Below, in pieces: positions 51,801 through 62,521 of a DNA stretch of 64,000 nucleotides. Source of the DNA: Malacoraja senta (taxonomy: Eukaryota); contig CM075989.1 of the NCBI GenBank assembly GCA_038087875.1, forward strand, positions 14,014,001 to 14,078,000, in the 5' to 3' direction. Each line of letters opens with the position of its first letter. Position 1 is the first letter of the stretch. The notes under the pieces are model-generated. The model worked only from the letters and a program-made list of their open reading frames with translations, was not told the DNA's origin and made no database searches. The position numbers and the translations under genes were made by a program.

Positions 51801-52311
51801 AAAAATTTTAGTGCAGTCCATTCCATTTTCCGGACTATCAAGACATTTCAGTCACACACACCAAAGGAGATGATTCAATAACTGTTATGTTACAGCCTCC
51901 ACAGCTATGAATGTTAGCCTACCTGCATGAATTTATCCAATTTGTTTGAATACTCTGTGAGTTTAATAATACATTTCTCAGCTTGTTTGACGGTTATAGT
52001 TGACAAAGGAAAACCTTGCTATGAAAGACCTGCCTAAGTTCTCATCAGCCTTGAAATTACATTGAGACCAGACATGCTTTAACAACATTCTGAAATTAAC
52101 GTATTTATTATTAAAGAGAAGATGGTCAAAAATAGCTTGAGGAATTTAAGATAAATGCATTATGTACACAACATTGTGTCATTCCATCCACAAGGCAATT
52201 CACATCAGAGCACATGTACATTGAAAGAAGGTTAAGTTTAATTTATGGTTTGTGTGTGTATGGAGATAGTTGAACTGAGGATATTTTTTATTTGCTCTTT
52301 TCCATTTCCAG

Positions 52312-52387
52312 GAGGCCAATGAAGATGTAATGCATTCGAAAAGTTATCCGAACCAGGTTGAATCATCGTTGTCTGTTCTACAAAATT
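52312..52387 (+). CDS. UNC13B-like: Probable UNC13-like coding exon 7 (EANEDVMHSKSYPNQVESSLSVLQN)
   Basis: Strong polypyrimidine tract ...ttttccatttccag|, open in phase 0, |gtaagt donor. Lies in a poorly conserved linker, so no motif support. Confidence 0.6.
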
Positions 52388-52679
52388 GTAAGTATACTCT
52401 GGTTACTTCAATCAATTTGCTACCAAGTTTCTCTAAATAACCATAGTGTAGAAATTGTGGCAGAAAGTCTCACTCTCATAAAATTTCAGTTTTTCTATAT
52501 ATATTGAAATCCGAAACTGAAATGTTTATTAGTGTCTTGGAAGCTTTATTGACCCAGACCACGTGATCAGTGTCAAGTCATTTAACTCAAGATAACCTAC
52601 ATAACTTGTAGTATGCGTTTCTCTGAGTGTCAATATGCTGGAAGAAGATGGAGCAAGGAAAAAAAATATTTTTAGCTAG

Positions 52680-52945
52680 TTAAGAGAAACAGTGCGGAGT
52701 CCGCACCGACCAGCGATCCCCGCACATTAACACTATTCCACACACACACACGGGACAATTTACATTGATACCTAGCCAATTAACCTGCAAACCTGTACGA
52801 CTTTGGAGTGTGGAAGGAAACCAAAGATCTCAGAGAAAACCCACACAGGTCACGGGGAGAATGTATAAACTCCGAACAGATAACACCCGTAGTCAGGATC
52901 GAACCCGGGTCTCTGCCACTGTAAGGCAGCAACTCTACTGCCACC
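52680..52945 (-). mobile_element. tRNA-derived V-SINE/HE1-like SINE
   Basis: Reverse complement of the 27626-type SINE (CAGGATCGAACCCGGGTCTCTG...GGCAGCAACTCTAC). Confidence 0.85.
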
Positions 52946-53057
52946 CTAGAGCAAGGAAATTATTCTTGAATAAAGCATCCTAATTTTCTCATATATTGAG
53001 TATATGTTAAACATGATAAGTAAAGAAAGAGTAACATTTATAATGTTTTTTTCAAGA

Positions 53058-53870
53058 AAGAACTGCAGATCCTGGAAAAATCGAAGGTAGACAAAAATGC
53101 TGGAGAAACTCAGCGGGTGAGGCAGCATCTATGGAGAGAAGGAATAGGCGACTCTATGGAGAGAAAGAATAGGAGACTTGTTACTACTCGTAACCAGGAC
53201 AGAGTCCTCACCTTCCACCCTACCAGCCGTCGCATACAACATATAATCCTCTGACATGTTCGCCACCTCCAACGGGATCCCACCACTGGCCACATCTTCC
53301 CATCTCCTCCCTTGTCTGCTTTCTGCAGAGACCGCTCCCTCCATAACTCCCTGGTCAATTCGTCCCTTCCCACCCAAACCACTCCCTCCCTTGGTACTTT
53401 CCCTTGCAACCGCAGGAAATGCTAAACTCTACATTGGTGAGACCAGGTGTCAACTCTCTACATTGGTGAGACCAAGCGCAGACTTGACGATCGCTTCGCC
53501 CAACACCTCCGCTCAGTTCGCAATAACCAACCTGATCTCCCAGTGGTTCAGCACTTCACCTCCCCCTCTCCCTCCCATTCCAAATCCGACCGTTCTGTCC
53601 TGGGCCTCTGCCATTGCCAGTGTGAGGCCCAGCACAAATTAGAGGAACAGCACCTCATATTTCGCATGGGTAGTCCTTGCTTTCTCCCTAATTCCCCTCC
53701 CCTTCCCAGCTCTCCCACAAGCCTACTGTCTCTGCCTCTTCCTTTCTTTTTCCCGCCCCCCCACCCGACATCAGTCTGAAGAATGGTGTCATCCCGAAAC
53801 GTCGCCTATTCCTTCTCTCCATAGATGCTGCCTCACCAGCTGAGTTTCTTCAGCATTTTTGTCTACCTTT
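53058..53870 (+). mobile_element. Penelope-like GIY-YIG fragment flanked by inverted tails
   Basis: ORF 53447-53779 LYIGETKRRLDDRFAQHLRSV...KLEEQHLIFR; inverted tail copies at 53058-53150 and 53770-53870. Confidence 0.85.
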
Positions 53871-54052
53871 TTATAATGTTTTTCATATCCCATGAGCTGT
53901 GAACATACAAATGGAGCAGGAGTAGACCACTTGTTCCCTCAAAACTCCTCTGCCATTTAACAACATCATGGCTGATCTGATTATAATCTCCACTCTGCAT
54001 TCCTCTCTGTCAACAGTAAATCCCTAGTTATTGATACTTCACAAGAGGATAC

Positions 54053-55289
54053 TGTAGATTGATGATGCATGTGAATCAATCACACTTAGCCAGCATCACT
54101 AACTCCACCCCATTATAACATTTATACTAACGCCCATTCCCAGCACCGTTAGTTGAAGCAGCCAGGATGAACTGACAACACCTCGTTTTGTAATGCTGCC
54201 AAGTTAATGTGCTGATTAAAGATGTGTGTAAATCTTATACAGTTTGAAGTGATTTACATGGTGTCAGAAGTGGGATTAATGCACAGGTGGATTTCATCCT
54301 TTCCCTTCTTGACTGTGGCAATCATGGTTGAGACCCAGTCGGTGGGGTCGCTGACTGCTTCAATTATGCCTTTGGAGACCATGTCCTTCAGCATAGAGTG
54401 AACCCTGTCAGTCATGGCAAATGACAATCTGTGCGGGTTTCAGACTACGGGTGTCACATCGGGGTCAATAATAATCTTGTAGGACACAGGCAACTTGCCT
54501 AGGTTGTTGAAGCCCGCCACTATCCAGCAACGTCTCCAAGAGAAGCACGACATCCAGAAACGGTCATACGACAGTTCCAGCAGACCACTCCAGCCTCTAC
54601 TGCCGGGCCAGGTCATCCGTCTACGAACTCCAACTGGACATTCTCGTCTGGGCGTTGTTGTACGCCCGACTGATGAGCCGCGATCGTACCTTGTGGACTG
54701 TGAGGGAGCGGTTTACCGGAGAAGTCGACAACACCTGCTTGCTGTGAAGGAGCCCCGACCACCACCTGCTGATCCCTATGCTCCGCCGCTCCAGTTCCAG
54801 CCGCCTTCCGCAATGTCTCCCGCCCGTCCACGCATGCCTGGCACCCCCCACGTCCCTCTGTCTCCACTAACCACGGGGTTACACCCACCGCATGTTTCCC
54901 CCCTCGGTCACCACAATCCTCTCCCGTGCGATTTTCACCTTCAGCCTCTCCGCCTAATCCTTCAGTTGAGGGAGGGGATGGTTGGGTCCGCACGCGCTCG
55001 GGCCGTGTTAGTAGACCACCAGACAGGTATGGCAAGTATGTTTAATACACTTCCTTTCCACATTTAATCTTTAGGGGGAAGGATGTAGATTGATGATGCA
55101 TGTGAATCAATCACACTTAGCCAGCATCACTAACTCCACCCCATTATAACATTTATACTAACGCCCATTCCCAGCACCGTTAGTTGAAGCAGCTAGGATG
55201 AACTGACAACACCTCGTTTTGTAATGCTGCCAAGTTAATGTGCTGATTAAAGATGTGTGTAAATCTTATACAGTTTGAAGTGATTTACA
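54053..55289 (+). mobile_element. Miniature gypsy (Mag-like) LTR retrotransposon: two 206-bp LTRs, PBS-Leu, inverted RT fragment, integrase 3' end, PPT, 5-bp TSD
   Basis: LTRs 54053-54258 and 55084-55289 (TGTA...TACA; one mismatch seen by eye). PBS TGGTGTCAGAAGTGGGAT 54259-54276, complementary to the tRNA-Leu(CAA) 3' end as recalled. PPT AGGGGGAAGGA 55073-55083. TSD GATAC at 54048-54052 and 55290-55294. ORF 54495-55067 has L.PGQVIR...PRSYLV...YRRSRQHL. Confidence 0.95.
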
Positions 55290-56135
55290 GATACATTCTC
55301 TCCACATCCGAGTAGACCCTTAAGGGTCACAAATGCGTTCCCCCCCCGCCCCCCCAATCCTGGTTACCTCCTTCCTACACGTTTTAGCCACTGGATTCCA
55401 CCCACCACTGGTTCTGGTTCCATCTGCCCTTCACTTCTACCTTAACGTTTTCCATTATCACTTTTCTTATCAGATTCCAGCACTGGTCGCTTTTGCGCTG
55501 ATCACCCGCTTATCACTCTCCAGCAACTGTCTCCATATTTATCCTCACCTAGCTCCATCTGCCTCTTTTGGTTTCCTTCACATGCCTCTGTCTCCCAATT
55601 CTACCTCTCTCCCTCCTCCTCCTTTGCTCCATCTGCTCTCCTCAGTTACCAATCATCTACTGGAAACTGCCTCACCATTCCCCCGCTTCTCTTTATATTG
55701 GCTATCTTCCTTCTCCGCTCTCAGTTCTGATGCAGAGTTTTTAGTTTTAACTAGAAACGTCAACAAGTCTTTACCATCCCTACGGATGTAGTTTGATTCG
55801 TTGAGTTGCTCTGGCAGTTTGTTTGTTTCAGCATCTGTGGTCTCTCATGTCTCACTGTGAAGCTCACATCCCTTAAATGAATAATGAAAAAATATAAAAT
55901 TGAAGCCTCAACACCAGTCCCTTTCACACACCACTCATACCTTTCCAACCAGATAAAGAGCTGTTTATATCTACTTTGTTTGCTGTTAGCCAGACAATCT
56001 TCTATTCCATACCGATATGTTGCTTTCTTCTCATGCATGCTCTTTTTTTTCTTGAATCTACATTGTGTTTACTTGTCTCCTACTATTACTCTTCCCCACT
56101 CTGTGCTCTCTTGTGTCTATTGATACTAATTAAGG

Positions 56136-56325
56136 CAAGGGTTCCCAACCTGGGGTAAATTTCGCCTACCCAGGGGGTAAATTTGTTGATTCTGGATTTG
56201 TACATTTTTTCTCATTGACTGACTGTGTTTGGTTCTGGTACACCAGTATCTGTTCATCATTAGTTGTTCATAAATAAGTGAAATAACATTGGTATGTGCT
56301 ATTAAAGTTGTCAGGGGTAAACGGG
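56136..56325. mobile_element. hAT-like MITE left end, truncated near the CR1 insertion
   Basis: Starts CAAGGGTTCCCAACCTGGGG, resembling hAT termini; other end not found. Confidence 0.4.
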
Positions 56326-56375
56326 AGGCTGGGATCCCCTGAATTAAGGTATTAATTTTTGTTATTTCGTTAAAT

Positions 56376-57380
56376 ACCCCAGCTATTTACAATATATATT
56401 AATGATTTGGACGAGGGAATTGAATGCAACATCTCCAAGTTTGCGGATGACACAAAGCTGGGGGGCAGTGTTAGCTGTGAGGAGGATGCTAGGAGGCTGC
56501 AAGGTGACTTGGATAGGCTGGGTGAGTGGGAAAATGCATGGCAGATGCAGTATAATGTGGTTAAATGTGAGGTTATCCACTTTGGTGGCAAAAACAGGAA
56601 AGTAGACTATTATCTGAATGGTGGCCGATTAGGAAAAGGGGAGATGCAACGAGACCTGGGTGTCATGGTACACCAGTCATTGAAAGTAGGCATGCAGGTG
56701 CATCAGGCAGTGAAGAAAGCGAATGGTATGTTAGCATTCATAGCAAAAGGATTTGAGTATAGGAGCAGGGAGGTTCTACTGCAGTTGTACAGGGTCTTGG
56801 TGAGACCACACCTGGAGTATTGCGTACAGTTTTTGTCTCCTAATCTGAGGAAAGACATTCTTGCCATAGAGGGAGTACAGAGAAGGTTCACCAGACTGAT
56901 TCCTGGGATGTCAGGACTTTCATATGAAGAAAGACTGGATAGACTTGGCTTGTACTCGCTAGAATTTAGAAGATTGAGGGGGGATCTTATAGAAACTTAC
57001 AAAATTCTTAAGGGGTTGGACAGGCTAGATGCAGGAAGATTGTTCCCGATGTTGGGGAAGTCCAGAACAAGGGGTCACAGTTTAAGGATAAGGGGGAAAT
57101 CTTTTAGGACTGAGATGAGAAAAACATTTTTCACACAGAGAGTGGTGAATCTCTGGAATTCTCTGCCACAGAAGGTAGTTGAGGCCAGTTCATTGGCTAT
57201 ATTTAAGAGGGAATTAGATGTGGCCCTTGTGGCTAAAGGTATCAGGGGGTATGGAGAGAAGGCAGGTACAGGATACTGAGTTGGATGATCAGCCATGATC
57301 ATATTGAATGGCGGTGCAGGCTCGAAGGGCCGAATGGCCTACTCCTGCACCTATTTTCTATGTTTCTATGTTTCTATGTT
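56376..57380 (+). mobile_element. Young CR1-clade LINE 3' portion (second subfamily)
   Basis: ORF 56407-57279 RT C-terminal half. Tail is (TTTCTATG)n, versus the ATAGATAC-type tail of the other young copies. Confidence 0.95.
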
Positions 57381-57574
57381 TTACACAGCTGGCATAATAT
57401 TGTTCTGTGGCTTGGTTGTCATAATGGTGTGGTCTTTATGAAGGCAATTGTCACATGATATTCATTTCAAATAGTTTCACCTACAGGAATTAAAGACTTT
57501 AAGTACCACCATGTAATTATCTGATGTTTTGTAAGACAGTAAACCCCCGTTATATAGGATCATAGGGGGGAGGG

Positions 57575-58137
57575 TGAAAGAGCTAATAGTCAAATCTAAT
57601 AGTCAAATCTAATAGTCAAATCTAAAATTGAGTCGTTCTTCTACAAAAGCATGGTCCAGTAAAACAAAAGAATGGCTCGGTGCCAAGTCTGAATGACATT
57701 GTAAATTATATGGAACACAATATGGAGGACAGGTTGTCTTTTCAATAAAGACGTTAAGATGGCAGCCTGCGTAATAACATGCGCTTTTCAATGCCATAAA
57801 GAAGCCAAGATTGAAAAAAATAGCTGACGCTCCAGAGATAAGTAATAACTTGTTATTGGATGAGCTTGATTTGGACCCAGCTTTCATATATTCTGAAAGG
57901 CTGCAGAATCTTTCAGTCATGCCATATTCAGACTTGGTAGGAGTGTTTTACTGATAAGAAAAATGTATAATTGTGCGAACTGCCCTTTGTTCTGTGAGTG
58001 GGAGCCCGAGAAGCACTGAGCAACATTTGTGCTCATTGTAGATCGCCACTCCCGTCTGACAAATCAATTAAAGATTGCTATGGTTTTACCTTTAACAGTT
58101 TTTGTTGCTATCTGCTTTTAAGAAATGAACTTTGACA
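57575..58137 (+). repeat. 5' LTR
   Basis: TG...CA (ends AACTTTGACA). TATA-like TGTATAA ~57964 and poly(A)-signal-like ATTAAA ~58067. The 13-bp unit CTAATAGTCAAAT is tripled relative to the 3' LTR. About 20 substitutions in ~400 aligned bases versus the 3' LTR, counted by eye. Confidence 0.9.
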
Positions 58138-58139
58138 TT

Positions 58140-58159
58140 TGGCTGTAGTCGGCAGGGAT
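58140..58159 (+). promoter_or_regulatory. Primer-binding site, tRNA-Ser-like
   Basis: TGGCTGTAGTCGGCAGGGAT, 2 nt after the LTR end. It matches the complement of the tRNA-Ser 3' end (TGGCGTAGTCGGCAGGAT, recalled) with two single-base insertions. Confidence 0.8.
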
Positions 58160-58718
58160 CTAGCTGGGACCAGCAACAGATGACTGAGTAAGAGGGTGCA
58201 GTTGACCGGGATCTGAAAGGGAGAAAACTGAGCTCTAGTCGGACCCTTTGAGTCTGGCCTCCCGAAGAAGCTCCCGGTAAAAAAAAACCTACGGTCCCTC
58301 AGTCTGTGGTTGGCCAGGTTCCAGACAAGATCCTTAGAAGCAGACAGCAAGGGTAAGACCACTTGTATAAAGGATTGGCTTGTGTATTGGAAATGAATAA
58401 AGGATTGGGCACGGCAGACTAAAGAGGTTTTGTCACAATTAAAGGATTGGACACGGGAGACTTCAAAGTTTTTGTCACTAAGTGTATTGGAAAGACAAGA
58501 TGTGTTGAAAAGAAGTGTATTGAAAAGACAATGTGTCTTGAGGAGACAGTGTTTTGACAAGACTTGTGAATTTGCTACCAGGGAGAGTAGCCAGATTGGG
58601 CTTTATAGACTGCAAAGGTTTGTTACAAATAAAGGATTGGGCTTAACAGGCTGAAAAAGTTTGTTACAATTTGTGTACTAAGTTGTGTACTAAGAAGTGA
58701 TTTGGAGATTCGATAAAC

Positions 58719-58990
58719 ATGGAAATAATTTGGATAAGAGTGACGGAAAGACAGCTGTACAACACATGTGTTATTTGAATCCTCAGAACAACAAGGATTA
58801 TAGAATATTGAATTATAAATTGACCAACGTTTGAGTAATGTGTCTTGACCAGTGGGAGGCATATGAAATGTGGAGACTATTGAAGGCAGAGAGAGAGAGA
58901 GAGAAAGAGGCAGAAAATAAGTGGGTGGGGACGCGAGATAGTAGTTAGATGGATTATGCTTTTTAAAGAGGTATTGAATTGTGGAATAAA
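58719..58990 (+). pseudogene. gag: gag matrix remnant
   Basis: Restoring one G after the ATG gives MGNNLDKSDGKTAVQHMCYLNPQNNKDYRILNYKL; after a further frameshift, RLSNVS*PVGGI*NVETIE. That is an MG start plus a WPxxG-like class-I matrix motif with W codons mutated to TGA. Confidence 0.55.
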
Positions 58991-60240
58991 TACAGAACTA
59001 TTAAAAGAATGGAAAGTACTTCAGACGGAATGCCAGTGGGCAGAGGAATAGGAGATGGGCTAAGGCAGAGAAAGAAAGCGCTGATAAGAGTTCGCAGAAC
59101 AAAGCCGGTACCAATAAGTCTTCTCGAGGTCCACTCGAGACCCTATGTCTGGCAATGGCGACCCTGTCTATAGAAGAAGGGGGAGGTGGCCAATCACAAT
59201 CTGGATCACTGTCCAATCACAGCTCAGACCACTCCCATTTTGAACATTAGCGCGCCCACCATTACATTAAACTACTATCTTTGTTCATTTTAAATTCTCA
59301 CTCCAACAAAAAAGACGACTTTTGCAAACCTCCCAGTCCTAGTTCACAAATTCTGCAAATTGGTTCCCATAGAAACAAAGATTTTTTTAAACCGAACGAC
59401 TTTTGTCAGATAAGGGAGGAGAATGTAAAATTAACACGGAGAGACGTCTCTAATGTTTTGCACGATTTTTTTGGAAACGAGGGGGTTGCGCCACTTTGGC
59501 TAATTCTCAGATAAATTTGTGTAATTGATGTATATTTTGCCTGTTTTTTGTATTACTTTTCTTTCAATGTTCGAAGGGTAGTATGTGTTCAAAACCAAAA
59601 CCAAAAGCTCTCTAAAAAGGTATTTTAAAAAGCTCTTTCAAGTTGTCACCCATCCAAGTTCTGGCTCTTATTTGATTACTTGAATCTCCATTTTCTTTCG
59701 AGTTGTCACTCATCCAAGTTCTGTTTCTTATCTAACTCAAGTGCTCAGTGTTCTTTTCAAGGCATTGCTACCAAGATACTAGCAGCTTCATTTTCCTGTG
59801 TTCAGGATTTCACTGTCTTTTTAATTTCTCCCAAAACCTATCGGGATACTTGACATCCAGGGCCAGGCTATATTCATCTATATACCCCTTTTGATGAAAT
59901 GGTCCATGTCAGATGAAATGGGATGTCATTGAATGAGTTTGCAATCGATGAAAATTAATTGTTTATTCTTTGTTTTCTCTTAACTTTAATTTTTTTTCCC
60001 TATTTCATACCTTTTGAATTGAGTTCAAATAGAGACCTGAATTCCACGATGGCCATGTAGCATTCAGGTAGATGTGTTAGATGAGATTGGAGATGCCTTT
60101 ATCTCAGAACAAAATCTGTTAATTTGAAATTGTAAATTTGGGGAGATAGATTGGAACAATTGGGAATATTTTTAAATTGTTTTTTTAATAATTATCTATT
60201 TTTTAAAGGGTCTGCCTTATAGGTAGTTAATTAGTGATGT

Positions 60241-60555
60241 CACATCCCCCACAACCAGTAGAATTCTGGATTAATGGAGGGAATGAATAGGACACTAAAG
60301 AGCGTGGAAGTTAGTTATGACCTACAGGCCCACAGCAATGAATTAATTACATACACACAGCAATTAAGCACAACCTTGTCAGTCTTGCATTCACAGGGGT
60401 TGAAAACGCAGAAGCCACTGCCAGTTGAACACAGACACCGTCCATACTACTAGGATCGGACAAAATTTGGACTGTGTTGGAGGGGACTGTACCAGGTGTG
60501 ACTATGACACCAACCACCGTGAAGATTGAAGATTACCCCAGTTGGAGACATCTGA
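60241..60555 (+). pseudogene. pol: Retroviral integrase remnants (core fragment and C-terminal domain)
   Basis: HIP...SGLMEGMNRTLK (60241-60300) resembles PQSSGQVERMNRTLK. Then ELITYTQQLSTTLSVLHSQ and, with frameshifts, W.G.YQV..MTPTTVKIEDYPSWRH, resembling gammaretroviral WKGPYTVLLTTPTALKV...WIH. Confidence 0.8.
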
Positions 60556-60570
60556 TAAGATTGACTGTAA

Positions 60571-60681
60571 ATGGAGGAGAACCAAGAAAGGACAATGGGG
60601 CTATTGACCCTACTTTTTATCCTGAGGTTGGCCCAGATGGGCTGGGCTTCGGGAAACAACTGCTGCACCAAGACGTCCTGA
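60571..60681 (+). pseudogene. env: Putative env signal peptide remnant
   Basis: MEENQERTMGLLTLLFILRLAQMGWASGNNCCTKTS*, immediately after the integrase end. Hydrophobic core with a G-W-A cleavage-like site. The frame stops a few codons into the cargo. Confidence 0.6.
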
Positions 60682-60722
60682 ATAAGGCTGACAACTGTCC
60701 TTATGTTTATAACACTGACCAA
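60672..60722 (+). pseudogene. THBS2: Captured thrombospondin type-3 repeat fragment
   Basis: [17 protein letters not shown] resembles THBS2 [17 protein letters not shown] as recalled. Confidence 0.7.
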
Positions 60723-60780
60723 GATGGATCCATTACCACAGGTTCTTGAAGTAACCAGAAAAAGGTGGCAGCTTATCCCG

Positions 60781-61058
60781 GAGCTACAGATCGAGCTGAA
60801 ACAGATGAGAAATGTGCTCACCAATGCCCAGTCTGAAAATGACCATCTCGCTTCCATCACACAGCAGCTGAAGGAGAGCAATCAGGTTGTGGAGTTGAAA
60901 AGCCTTGATTTTGGAGTGCAATTCAGTTACAGAACTGGATTGAGGTAAATCCCAGCCGGGATCAAAGTGAGGAGCTGAGTTGGGATGGATCAGACAGCCA
61001 GTTGGCATTGATGGAGAAGGAAGAAGAATGCTGGTTTCACACACTGATGGACAACTTG
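60781..61058 (+). pseudogene. Captured, scrambled fragments of a CRACR2A/CRACR2B/RAB44-family (EF-hand coiled-coil Rab) mRNA
   Basis: [32 protein letters not shown] and [18 protein letters not shown] resemble CRACR2A segments (recalled: TKAENTKL, LTRIISQLQEA, GEDEEAQFRMLMDRL). Confidence 0.6.
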
Positions 61059-61084
61059 GAAGAAAGAACGTCTCGATTTGTGAA

Positions 61085-61412
61085 AAGAAACTACATTTGT
61101 GATGAATGTGGACAGACTTTCAAACAGCGGAAACAACTGTCAGTTCACCAACTGCGCCATACTGGAGCAAAACCTTTGCAGTGTGAAGTTTGTGGTTTCT
61201 AGTGCAGGCAAAGAGCATCCTTGAAATACCATATGACCAAGCACAAGCCAGAAGCTGAACTTGAATTTGCTTGTGACCAATGTGAGAAGCGATTTGAGAA
61301 GGCTCACAATTTGAATGTTCATATGTCCATGGTTCATCCCTCGACCCAGAGTACAGATAAAAACAAACCTATTGAAATTGAATCATCAGCTAAGTTTGGA
61401 AACATTAATTAA
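61085..61412 (+). pseudogene. ZNF276: Captured ZNF276 C2H2 fingers 3-5 and C-terminus
   Basis: [84 protein letters not shown], nearly identical to ZNF276 as recalled. Premature TAG at 61200-61202; no introns. Confidence 0.92.
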
Positions 61413-61479
61413 ACAGGAACCCAGTTAATAGTTATTCAACAGCTAAATAATGAGTCTAAAGGATCTTGCACCCCTTTTC

Positions 61480-61735
61480 AATGTTAGCAAGACACAAAGG
61501 ATTAACATGAATAAATGCAATCAAGCCAGGCTCACCTATAATAGGTAGAGCAAAGGAAAGGTTATTGTGGAGAACATAGTTCTGAGCATTATAGCACACC
61601 AGTTCCAGAGACAAAGTCCAATGTCTGCAATGGGGTAGAGGTGCATCAGGCAGAATACTAGCAATTGGAAGGACTGTTCAGAACACTGATAACAGAGGGG
61701 AAGAAGCTAATTTGTGTTGTAGTGAGGCAGGGTTC
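61480..61735 (-). mobile_element. Antisense Rex/L2-like 3' fragment inside the cargo
   Basis: Reverse-complement similarity to 30850-31100 (CTTGATTGCATT.ATGTT, TTTGT.TCTGGAACTGGTGTG, TTCTGAAC.GTCC). Confidence 0.6.
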
Positions 61736-61742
61736 AAGTTTG

Positions 61743-62521
61743 CCACAGTTACATCCTGGACATGCATTCAAATCGCAGTGTTGTTTTGAATGAGGGACAG
61801 TGCCCATCCAGTATAAATAAGGACTCAATGGAGGAAGTTCTGGATGGTTCAATAACCCTTTCACCTCGGAATGGAACAGTGACTGAAAATGGTGAGGGTG
61901 ATAATGTTGCGAAGCATCAACCTGCCCCAGTGTTAGCAGACTTTCAGCCTTGTACATATAGTGGAACCACTTCGGCGGATGTGGACAACTGGGAATCCCC
62001 ATTGAAGGATATGTTCTTGCGCTCAGATCCTGAATATACAGAGTGCTCTTGGGAAAAAGTTCAGGTACAAGATGCAACTCAACCATTAAATGTGAAAAAA
62101 AAACAGTTAACTGCAATGAAGCATCTTGTTCTATAAGAAATGATGTTGTGGATGGATTGGAGTCCAGTGATCTTTCTGAAAGGTATTTATCAAGTGAAGA
62201 TAACAGAGAAACAAAAGTTAAGAATGGCTCTTCAGATGAGTCTTTTCAACCATATTGGAAGAAGAAGAGTAAGTTACCAGTTAAACGTGGCCGGAAACCA
62301 AAGTCAAACTTGGAAAGGGAAGATTTCCCCACCATGTATCGATGTCAGTATAAGGGTTGCTGTGCTGTTTACAGAGGAGTTGATGAACTTAAGAAACATA
62401 TAAAAGAGCAGCATGAAGAGGTACGTGAAAGACCTTGCCCCCACCCAGGAGGTAACAAGGTGTTTCTGATTGATCGCTACCAGCAGCACCATGTAAAGCT
62501 GATCCATACAGAAGAAAGAAC
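61743..62521 (+). pseudogene. ZNF276: Captured ZNF276 central region and fingers 1-2
   Basis: HSYILDM..., SSDLSE..LSSEDN...SSDESFQPY, EREDFPTMYRCQYKGCCAVYRGVDELKKHIKEQHEEVRERPCPHPGGNKVFLIDRYQQHHVKLIHTEER. Probable frameshift at the A-run ~62095-62103, second-finger C to G, intronless. Confidence 0.9.

Larger units (their letters stand above)
11480..52387 (+). other. UNC13B-like: 5' portion of a Munc13/UNC13 (UNC13A/B-type) gene; gene presumably continues beyond the window
   Basis: Six phase-compatible GT-AG exons (22, 30, 100, 118, 124, 68 bp), plus a probable seventh (76 bp), splice to [154 protein letters not shown]. This is colinear with the Munc13-1/ubMunc13-2 C2A domain as recalled. Paralog identity is uncertain. 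Confidence 0.92.

Noticed and set aside
54613..55035. Antisense ORF in the gypsy mini-element
   Set aside because: Shadow of the GC-rich integrase tail.
57550..57574. Purine run before the 5' LTR as a PPT of a tandem provirus
   Set aside because: Differs from the true PPT at 63575, and no env-like sequence precedes it; better explained as target-site sequence.
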